From: a virus | Length of the DNA: 64,000 bases | Direction: 5' to 3' (one strand) | IMG/VR virus record: IMGVR_UViG_3300003323_001324 | Span: 93,578-157,577 of that record | Part shown: positions 56,459 to 64,000 of the stretch, in pieces | Layout of the letters: each line of letters opens with the position of its first letter | Position numbering within the stretch: the stretch's first letter is position 1 | The notes under the pieces: generated by a model | Databases searched by the model: none | The model's input: the letters and a program-made list of their open reading frames with translations, nothing else | What the model was told of the DNA's origin: nothing | Made by a program: the position numbers and the translations under genes

Positions 56459-56474
56459 CCCGGTAGGATCCGCA

Positions 56475-58922
56475 ATGGCTTTCACGGGAAGACTCGGGAC
56501 CCCGAACAGCAGGTTCGCCGACATCGTCTTCGCCGCGGTGGATGGGTTCGGGCCCGCCGCCCCGGACTTTCAGGCGCACCAGCTCACGTCCCGGAGGTTC
56601 CGCGTCCTGTTCAACCTCCAGGTGACCGAGAGCGCGCTCTCGGCCGCCGCCTACTCGCTCTCCGCGGTCGGGTCGGGGACGGTCCCTCCCATCGTGTCGG
56701 TCACGTGGTACGACGAGACCCACGACTCGGTCGTGATAGAGGTCTCGGCGCCGCTGACGACCTCGGCCCAGTACACGGTCTCCGTCTCCTCCGTCGAGGG
56801 GTCCGACGGGGACTTCGTCCTCTCCGCCGCCAAGAACTTCACGGCGAACGTCGTCGACCCGCCGAGGGCCCGCGGGGCCTTCCTCTCGAAGCGCGGCCAC
56901 GTCGACGTCCTGTTCGACAAGCCCGTCGGCCCCTACTCCTCGGGGGCCTCGTTCTCCATCCGGGACGCCTCTGGAGGCCCGGCCGTCGCCATGACCCAGG
57001 CTGCCTGGGGCGGCGAGGGGATCCCGGAGACGACGCTCCGCCTCCAGATACCCGCCGGCGTCCCCACGGCGAACGCCTTCGTCATCTCGACCTCCGCCGT
57101 CGAGGACTACTCGCAGAACACGTCCGCCGAGGACGTGCCGCTCACGCTCGTCCTCCGGTCGCCCGCGCCCTACTCCTACGCGGACCTGACCCAGCTCCAG
57201 CTGACGGACGCCTTCGTCACCGACGTCTCCTCGGACTTCCTGAGGACGGCGAACGTCCGGGTCTTCTTCAGCTGCCCCGTCCAGGGGGCGACCTCCCGAG
57301 GCTCCTGGTCGGTCTTCGCGGAGGCCGCCCACAGGCGGACCGACGACCAGGATGTCCTGACCGCCCCTCCGGCCACGGACCTCCCCTCCCTCATCGTCCT
57401 CCTGAACGACCTGAAGTCCGTCCTGAACAGCCACCTCCGGATCGATCAGGTCCACCTGGCCCGGGCGACCGCCGACCTGGTCACCGCCCCGGACGCCTCC
57501 GACCTCCCGACCTCGGTCGACCTGGCCAACGCCCTGATAGGCTCGCTTCCGGGCCACATGCTCCGTCCCCGGGTCCACGTCTACCTCGACACCGTCAACG
57601 CGGTCTCCCTCGCCCCGGTCCCGCCGGGCGACCTCCCCGCCGCCGTGTCCGCCGCGAACGCCCTCGCCTTGTCCTACTCCGGGCACCTGGAGGAGGAGTA
57701 CCCCCTGTCCTTCTCGGAGGCCTACCAGTCCCCGATCGGGGACATCACCGCGTACGCCGAGGAGCTCGTCCCCGACCTGTGCATGGACGTGGAGGGGCCG
57801 CACACTTACTACGCCGACCTGCGCGTCATCCTGGACGTGGAGCGCCCCTCCCTGAGGGTGGAGGCCAGCCTGACCAGCGAGGACGGCGGGAGCTCCTGCT
57901 CCCCCTCCGACTACACGGGCAACATCGTCGCGCGCTCGGCCGACCACCCGGTGACCGTCCTCTCCTCGCTCGTCTCGGTGGACGAGGCCGTGTCCCTCCG
58001 GACGGACCGGAACGTAGACTCCGTCTCGGACTCGCCGCTCGTCATAGTCGGCGAGGACGGGGTCGAGATCCCGACCACGCCCGAGCTCGCGGCCACCCTC
58101 CCCTCCCTCCTCTGGGCCTACAACAACGCCCTGGAGGCCTACCGGCGACACATCGTCCCCGGCGCCGCGGGCCACCAGGTCGACGACGACGTCAACATCG
58201 TCACCCCGTCGGACTACGCCTTCCTCCCCCTCGCCTCCGCGATGTCCGGGGCGAACGACGTGCGGCAGAAGGTCATGGCCCACATGGCCTCCGCGATCTA
58301 CCACTACCACGCAGACCCGACCGCGGTCACGGCCCCTCCGGCCACGGACCTCGAGTCCTTCGCCGTCCTCGTGGCGGACCTGGCCTACGTCCTCTCGTCC
58401 CACCTTGTCCGCGTCGGGCCCCACGTCTTCGCCGGCTACCGGATGGTCTCCGCCCCGGTCTTCGACGTCATGGTCCTCTCCTCCGCCCACATGAGGGACG
58501 GCACCGAGAGCCGGGCCCGTGGGAGCCTGATGGACCACCACGTCTACAACGGCCTCCCGGTCTCCCCTCCCCCCGCCCAGCCCGCGGCGAGGTCTCATCT
58601 TGTCCCGGTCGACCTCCCCTTCGTCGCCCTCGCAGTCCGTCCGTCCCTCGCGTCCGCCCTCCCGCAGAGCGGGCTGTCCTTCGACCCCGTCCGGGGCCCG
58701 AAGCTGGAGGCGGACGCCGTCCAGGCCTTCTTCTCGAAGCCGATGAGGGAGGTCCCGGTGACCCCGGCCAACCTCTCTTTCACCGGCGGCTCCATCCAGT
58801 TTATCGGGTCCGGGTGGGTTAGCCCTTCGCTCGCCTCCGTCGCCGTGACGCGAATGGAGAACATCCCATACTCCCTGGTCGCCTCCGGAATGACCGACGT
58901 CGCCGGCAACGAGGTGTACTGA
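56475..58922 (+). CDS. Virion structural protein with Ig-like domains and His-His-Asp repeats
   Basis: Ig-like beta modules at both ends. Two clusters of TDL..L.N.L....H......H repeats. Confidence 0.7.
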   Translation: MAFTGRLGTPNSRFADIVFAAVDGFGPAAPDFQAHQLTSRRFRVLFNLQVTESALSAAAYSLSAVGSGTVPPIVSVTWYDETHDSVVIEVSAPLTTSAQYTVSVSSVEGSDGDFVLSAAKNFTANVVDPPRARGAFLSKRGHVDVLFDKPVGPYSSGASFSIRDASGGPAVAMTQAAWGGEGIPETTLRLQIPAGVPTANAFVISTSAVEDYSQNTSAEDVPLTLVLRSPAPYSYADLTQLQLTDAFVTDVSSDFLRTANVRVFFSCPVQGATSRGSWSVFAEAAHRRTDDQDVLTAPPATDLPSLIVLLNDLKSVLNSHLRIDQVHLARATADLVTAPDASDLPTSVDLANALIGSLPGHMLRPRVHVYLDTVNAVSLAPVPPGDLPAAVSAANALALSYSGHLEEEYPLSFSEAYQSPIGDITAYAEELVPDLCMDVEGPHTYYADLRVILDVERPSLRVEASLTSEDGGSSCSPSDYTGNIVARSADHPVTVLSSLVSVDEAVSLRTDRNVDSVSDSPLVIVGEDGVEIPTTPELAATLPSLLWAYNNALEAYRRHIVPGAAGHQVDDDVNIVTPSDYAFLPLASAMSGANDVRQKVMAHMASAIYHYHADPTAVTAPPATDLESFAVLVADLAYVLSSHLVRVGPHVFAGYRMVSAPVFDVMVLSSAHMRDGTESRARGSLMDHHVYNGLPVSPPPAQPAARSHLVPVDLPFVALAVRPSLASALPQSGLSFDPVRGPKLEADAVQAFFSKPMREVPVTPANLSFTGGSIQFIGSGWVSPSLASVAVTRMENIPYSLVASGMTDVAGNEVY

Positions 58923-61900
58923 TGGTCGACTTCACCGGCATCGCCTCGGTCGCCGACCGGACCCTGTTCACCAACAAGGGCCCGATAGTCAAGAAGCCCC
59001 TGCCGCTCCTGGTCGGGTCCGACCTGAGGGTCTCCTCCTTCTCCGGGGTGACGATAGCCTCGGGCGGGTTCTCCCAGGCGGACGTTGGGAGGCTCCTGAA
59101 GATCGAGGGTTCCCCCGGAGGGAGGAACGACGGGACCTTCCAGATCTCCGAGGTCCTGTCTGCCACCGCGCTCCGCCTCCAGGGCGCGTCCTTCAGCATC
59201 TTGGACGAGGCGGCGACGGTCCAGTCCTGCTGCGACCTCGCCAACGACCTTAAGGTCCAGTACAACCTCCACCGGACGAGGCTCGTGACCGTCGGCGGCG
59301 AGCAGGTCGGCGTCCACGGGACGGACGACGTGACCAACGTCGCGAACGCCGGGGACGCCGTGGACATGGCGTCCGCCATCACCCTGGCCAACGACCTCCT
59401 GGCGAAGTTCGACGCCCACGCGGTCCTCGTGTCCGGGGACCCGAAGGTCCACCTCGAGCCCGACACGGACAACGTCGTCGCCGTCGGCCCGGCCGGGTCC
59501 CTGTCGGACCTCGTCACCCTCCTGAACGAGATCCGGCGCCGCTACGAGCTCCACCGGCAGGACCACTTCGTGCACCAGCACGTGGACCTCGTCGACCGGG
59601 TCGGGGCCCCTCCGGTGCGCGCGACCGTGGACGTCTACCCGGGCCCCCTCACCGGTCCCTTCTCCTGGACCCTCCTCGACCCTCGCTACGGGCAGCCCGC
59701 CGACAGCCCCTACGACGTCCAGGTCACCGTCAACGGGAGCCCGGCCGCGGTCGACGCGGTGTTCGGCCTCATGGGCGCCGTCGTCCTCTCGTCCAAGCCC
59801 TCCTGGGACGACGAGGTCTCCGTCGACTACGACCACATCAGCAACCCCCCTTCTCGCTTCATGCGCCTGAACTCCCCGGAGTTCGTGCTGAACCAGTACG
59901 GCAACACGGCGCTCGCCGGGCTCCCGAAGCACAGGTACCGGTCGAGCTCCCACCTGCTCACGGACGTGGACGGCCCGGAGCTGGCGGCCCCGTTCCAGCC
60001 CGTCCGCCGAGGCTGGAAGTACAAGGCCGTGGAGCGCGCCTACACGGCGGTCCTGAACGACCCGACGAGCCTTCTCCTCAACGTCCCGACGAACAAGCTC
60101 TCCTATCCCGTCCTGGTCGAGCGCGTCCCGGAGGTGACCGTCAGGTACGACCCGCTCACGCTCCCCCAGAACGCCGTCGACCCCTGGACGTTCGAGGGTC
60201 AGGGCACCCTCTCCCTGGCCCCGGGCGGGACCGCCCTGACGGTCGTCGACTCGAGCACCCAGACGGGGGTCGACAGCCGCCCGCCGTTCTTCACCCACCC
60301 TCTGAACCTCGACACCGAGAGCGCCGTGTCCTCGGCCTTCCGGGCCAGGATGTCGGCCGACCCGGCCGTCTTCCTCCCCGACGGCGTCTTCAGCGGCGTC
60401 AGCTTCGGGGTCGCCGACGGGCGCCACATCGCGATCGCCGGCTTCATACTGACCGAGGCGACCGGCCTGACCTCGGCCGTCGTCATGGCGAACGACGCCA
60501 AGGCGCAGCTCAACGCCCACGTGCAGAACGTCGGGTCCCACTTCCCGGACGACCTCTCCGACCAGGTGCTGGTCGTCGACGCGACGGGGCTCCCCTCCCT
60601 CCTCGTCCTCGTGAACGCCCTGAGGGCCTCCTATTCCTCGCACGCGGCCAAGGGCTCGGGCGTCGGGCACGTGCACCTGGCGGCCGACTCCGTCAACGAG
60701 ATATCGCTTCCGGAGGCCGAGGACCTGGCCTCGGCCGTCGCCCTGGTGAACGAGATCCGGGCGAGGCTGAACGCCCACGGGACCCAGGCCGGCGTCCACT
60801 TCGCGGCCGACTCCTCGCACCAGGTCTCCCTCGTGCGCCAGGCCGGGATCCTCACGAACCGCGGGTTCCCGGAGCTCGCCTCCTCCTGGAACGCCTTCGC
60901 GTCCGACTGGACCCAGTACAGGACCTACCGTGTCGCCCGGGACCCGGACGGCGGGGTCGGGGTCTACGTCAACGGCGGCATCGTTGCCTCCGCGGCCGCC
61001 GCCGTCGGGGACCTGCCCGCCCCCTCGGACGTCGACGCGCGGTTCGACGTGATCCAGCAAGCCTTCTTCGGGACCATTGGCCGCGACTCGAAGAGCTCCA
61101 GCGACTGGCAGTTCGTCCGGGTCAACGTCAGCCCCGTCGACCACGACCTCATCGAGAACAATAAGCAGGTCGACTACCCCGCGGCCGTCGTCCCGGAGCT
61201 CGACCCTGATGCTCCCTGGATCACCTACGGCCAGGGCGGGGCCGAGCGGATAGTGGCCCCCGGCGTGCTCATGCTCGACTCGACGGACTCGGCCGCTCCC
61301 GAGGACGTCCCCGAGCTTGGCCTCGTGTCGGGCGCCTACCGGGGCTTCGTCCGCTACGAGCCTATCCTGTCCGTGGACAACGCCATGGTGGCCGAGTTCC
61401 GGATGGGGGCCGACTACTGGACGCAGAGCGTCTCGGACCGCGCCTTCGGCCTGTTCATGTCCGACGGGACCTTCTCGGTCCAGCTCGCCTTCCTGCAGGC
61501 GTCCCCGACCCCGGCCGTCACCGTCGGGACCGTCGCCGAGCCCTTCGTCCTCGTCAACGGGGACACCCTCATCGTCCAGATGGGGACCGACCCGGCCGAG
61601 ACCGTCTCCTTCCTCATCCCGCCGGGGACGAACACCGCTGCCTCCGTGGCGGCGCGCATCAACTCCGTGCTCGGGTTCGCGTTCGCGTCGGCCGTCTCGG
61701 GCCACGTGCAGCTCGCCTCCGAGGGCCTCGGGGCCTCGGCCAGCTTCTCCATCATCGCCGGCTCCTCGCTCGCCAAGCTCGGCCTCTCCCCCGGCGTCTA
61801 CTTCGGCTCCGACTCGAGCCCGGAGCCGCGCATGTCGTGGTTCGGGGCGAACCTGCCGGAGCTGGACGACCCGACGTGGGTGCGCAGCGGCGGCCAGCCG

Positions 61901-64000
61901 GCGTCCCTCTACAACCGGGTGCTCCGGGTCACGGACTCCTCGGTGGGCGACTACGCCGCCTGGACGCTCGAGGACCCGCTGGTCACCAATCAGGTCCTGA
62001 ACCCCCTGACGGACTGGAAGTTCGACGTCCGCCTCTCCGTCCTGTCGTTCCTCGCCGGCCCGACCGTCCCCGCTTCCGGCCCCCATCAGCCCCTCGACTT
62101 CGCGGGCGCCCTCATCTCCGTGGACGAGGGCCCGTCCGGGAAGAACGTCGAGCTCCACCTGGCGACCTCCTCCTCCTCGGGCGCCCCCTTCCTGAACCTC
62201 CTTACCTACGACCAGTCGAGCGGGAGCCTCGAGGTCGTCGCCCAGTACGCGTTCGGGTGGAACGACGGCAGGCCCCACACCCTGAACGTCTACACGAACA
62301 AGGGCGCCAACTCCCTCATGGTCCTCGGCGACGGGGCCCTCCTCGCCCCGTACGCGGGCCCCTCCCCCTCCTACTCCGACCTCAGGTCGGGCGTGTCCGG
62401 CCCGTCCATGTCCTTCGGCTCCGGCGGGGAGCCCGTGGTCGGGTCCGACCTGCGCGTCGCCAAGTCCGTCGTCGACTGGTACTCGGTCGCCGCCTTCAGG
62501 GACAGCAAGCTCGCCGACCCTGGGTCGGCGGACCGCCGCTATGTCGGGGTCTACAAGGGCGGTCCGGCCGACGTCCTCAGCTCGTACTACCTTCACCAGG
62601 TTGACTGGGCCCCGTACCACGTCTACCGCGTCGTCCGGGACCCGTCCGCCGGCCTCCAGGTCTACCTCGACGGCTCGGCGACCCCGTCCATCTCGGTCCC
62701 CTACGACGTCCTGAACCTTCCGCCCTCCTCGACCTCCTTCCTGGACGAGGCCGCGCGGGGCCGTCCCTTCGTCGCGTTCGGGGCCTTCTCGCCGAGCTCC
62801 ATAACCCGGACTCGCTGGGACTACCTGCGCTACTCCGTCGGGAAGATCACCCTTACCGACCTCCTCGTCCCGCCCCACCAGGTCCTGAACCAGGCGAACG
62901 TCGTGTCCTCCCCGGACCACCTGCGGACCCAGGTGGCGCACCGTCACCAGGGCTTCACCGTCTACTCGGGAGGCACGCCGACGGACGAGTTCATGGCCGA
63001 CGCGGCCGTCTCCCCGTTCACCGTCCTCGGGGACGGGACCCCTCCCGTCCCGGCCACCCAGAACCTGGAGACCCGCCACGGGATGGTGAAGGTCGGGACC
63101 CCGATGGAGAGCGTCCCGGCCGTGGACGTCGTCAACTTCAAGGGCTTCACCTCGGACCTCGTGGACGACCTTGTCAACGTGGCCGGGGAGGACGCCGTCA
63201 CGGAGGAGGACGCCGTCCAGTCGGTCGTCGACCTCGCCAACTCCTTCCGGGGCGCCTACGAGTCACACCGGACCTGGCCCGGGGTCCACTCCGTAAACGA
63301 CACCTTCAACAGCATCTCGGCGTCCGCCGCCACGGACCTTCCGACCGCCATCACCCTCCTGAACGACGAGAAGGCGAAGTTCAACCTCCACCTTGTCCAG
63401 GCCGGCGTCCACGTCCCGGACGACGAGGAGCACGAGGTCGGCGCGCCGGACGCCACGGACCTCCCGTCCGCCGCCGAGCTCGCGAACGCCCTCCGCGAGG
63501 CCTACGCCGGGCACGCGGGGACAGGGGCCTTTCACCTCTCTCCCGACCTCGTCGACACCGTCTCCGCCCCGGACGCCTCGGACCTTCTGTCGGCCGCAGT
63601 CCTCGCCGCGACCGCCGCCGACGCCCTCCAGGACCACGCGCTTTCCACAGCCTTCCACGAGGTCGCCGACTACCCGAACGGAAGGTTCGCCCCGCCGGCC
63701 CTCCCGGGCGTCGGCAAGGCCGGGGTCGCCGGCCTCTCCGTCCTCACCACCTCGGACTCCCTCGGCCCGGGCCAGCTCGTCCTCTTCGTCGACGGCCCGA
63801 ACTCCGGCCAGTCTCGAGTTGTTGTTTCCAAGCTCTCGTCCGCCCAGTACTCCGTCGCCCCGGGCTTCATCTTCAACGACCCGGGCCGCAGCCGCTACAT
63901 CAGGCTCGGAAGGACCGCCCTCACGACGGCCAGGGCGACCGCGGGAGTCGGCTACTCGCAGGTGGACGTCACGGGCGAGCCCGTCTCCCCGGCTGTCGGG
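58922..64000 (+). CDS. Giant virion structural protein (>1690 aa, runs off the window) with His-His-Asp repeats
   Basis: TGATG-coupled ATG at 58922 (MVDFTGIASVADRTLFTNKGP...). The same frame was checked by hand near 59.3, 60.5 and 63.3 kb. Missing from the track, consistent with having no stop in the window. Confidence 0.8.
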   Translation, partial: MVDFTGIASVADRTLFTNKGPIVKKPLPLLVGSDLRVSSFSGVTIASGGFSQADVGRLLKIEGSPGGRNDGTFQISEVLSATALRLQGASFSILDEAATVQSCCDLANDLKVQYNLHRTRLVTVGGEQVGVHGTDDVTNVANAGDAVDMASAITLANDLLAKFDAHAVLVSGDPKVHLEPDTDNVVAVGPAGSLSDLVTLLNEIRRRYELHRQDHFVHQHVDLVDRVGAPPVRATVDVYPGPLTGPFSWTLLDPRYGQPADSPYDVQVTVNGSPAAVDAVFGLMGAVVLSSKPSWDDEVSVDYDHISNPPSRFMRLNSPEFVLNQYGNTALAGLPKHRYRSSSHLLTDVDGPELAAPFQPVRRGWKYKAVERAYTAVLNDPTSLLLNVPTNKLSYPVLVERVPEVTVRYDPLTLPQNAVDPWTFEGQGTLSLAPGGTALTVVDSSTQTGVDSRPPFFTHPLNLDTESAVSSAFRARMSADPAVFLPDGVFSGVSFGVADGRHIAIAGFILTEATGLTSAVVMANDAKAQLNAHVQNVGSHFPDDLSDQVLVVDATGLPSLLVLVNALRASYSSHAAKGSGVGHVHLAADSVNEISLPEAEDLASAVALVNEIRARLNAHGTQAGVHFAADSSHQVSLVRQAGILTNRGFPELASSWNAFASDWTQYRTYRVARDPDGGVGVYVNGGIVASAAAAVGDLPAPSDVDARFDVIQQAFFGTIGRDSKSSSDWQFVRVNVSPVDHDLIENNKQVDYPAAVVPELDPDAPWITYGQGGAERIVAPGVLMLDSTDSAAPEDVPELGLVSGAYRGFVRYEPILSVDNAMVAEFRMGADYWTQSVSDRAFGLFMSDGTFSVQLAFLQASPTPAVTVGTVAEPFVLVNGDTLIVQMGTDPAETVSFLIPPGTNTAASVAARINSVLGFAFASAVSGHVQLASEGLGASASFSIIAGSSLAKLGLSPGVYFGSDSSPEPRMSWFGANLPELDDPTWVRSGGQPASLYNRVLRVTDSSVGDYAAWTLEDPLVTNQVLNPLTDWKFDVRLSVLSFLAGPTVPASGPHQPLDFAGALISVDEGPSGKNVELHLATSSSSGAPFLNLLTYDQSSGSLEVVAQYAFGWNDGRPHTLNVYTNKGANSLMVLGDGALLAPYAGPSPSYSDLRSGVSGPSMSFGSGGEPVVGSDLRVAKSVVDWYSVAAFRDSKLADPGSADRRYVGVYKGGPADVLSSYYLHQVDWAPYHVYRVVRDPSAGLQVYLDGSATPSISVPYDVLNLPPSSTSFLDEAARGRPFVAFGAFSPSSITRTRWDYLRYSVGKITLTDLLVPPHQVLNQANVVSSPDHLRTQVAHRHQGFTVYSGGTPTDEFMADAAVSPFTVLGDGTPPVPATQNLETRHGMVKVGTPMESVPAVDVVNFKGFTSDLVDDLVNVAGEDAVTEEDAVQSVVDLANSFRGAYESHRTWPGVHSVNDTFNSISASAATDLPTAITLLNDEKAKFNLHLVQAGVHVPDDEEHEVGAPDATDLPSAAELANALREAYAGHAGTGAFHLSPDLVDTVSAPDASDLLSAAVLAATAADALQDHALSTAFHEVADYPNGRFAPPALPGVGKAGVAGLSVLTTSDSLGPGQLVLFVDGPNSGQSRVVVSKLSSAQYSVAPGFIFNDPGRSRYIRLGRTALTTARATAGVGYSQVDVTGEPVSPAVG

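Noticed and set aside
1-64000. tRNA or rRNA genes
   Set aside because: Intergenic gaps are short, and no cloverleaf or rRNA-like sequence was recognised by eye. tRNAscan-SE would be decisive.

Overview
This is a very GC-rich (about 70% by eye), densely coding 64-kb segment from the tail and baseplate region of a large myovirus-type (contractile-tail, probably jumbo) bacteriophage. On the + strand it encodes a giant tail sheath (110-4777), tail tube (17970-18641), two putative tail chaperones, a tape measure protein, two tube-fold baseplate proteins (one with a GH73-like muramidase insert), hub, gp5/VgrG-like spike, gp25-, J- and gpI-like wedge proteins, a collagen/LamG fibre with two stand-alone LamG paralogues, and a >1690-aa ORF (58922 to window end) absent from the ORF track. 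Sheath and tube are separated by about 13 kb of mixed-strand accessory genes: collagen-like proteins, a lipoprotein, an AAA+ ATPase, a PD-(D/E)XK-like nuclease, a membrane Ser/Thr kinase with a TonB-C-like sensor, RtcB and small Zn-finger proteins. GIY-YIG and double-HNH endonucleases and a CX5R phosphatase interrupt the baseplate genes. The kinase style suggests a Myxococcota host (inference). Main observations: (1) a ~40-aa His-x6-His-x3-Asp repeat present about 19 times across the sheath and two distal structural proteins, a candidate virion metal-binding module; (2) a phage-encoded kinase plus phosphatase; (3) a shared C-terminal Cys...VM(E/N)S tag on three unrelated small proteins; (4) TAnnnT boxes 5-6 nt before many ATGs, suggesting leaderless transcripts; (5) a T6 tract that frameshifts the 5' end of a gene in the baseplate region. 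All family calls come from motif recognition by eye; no searches were run.
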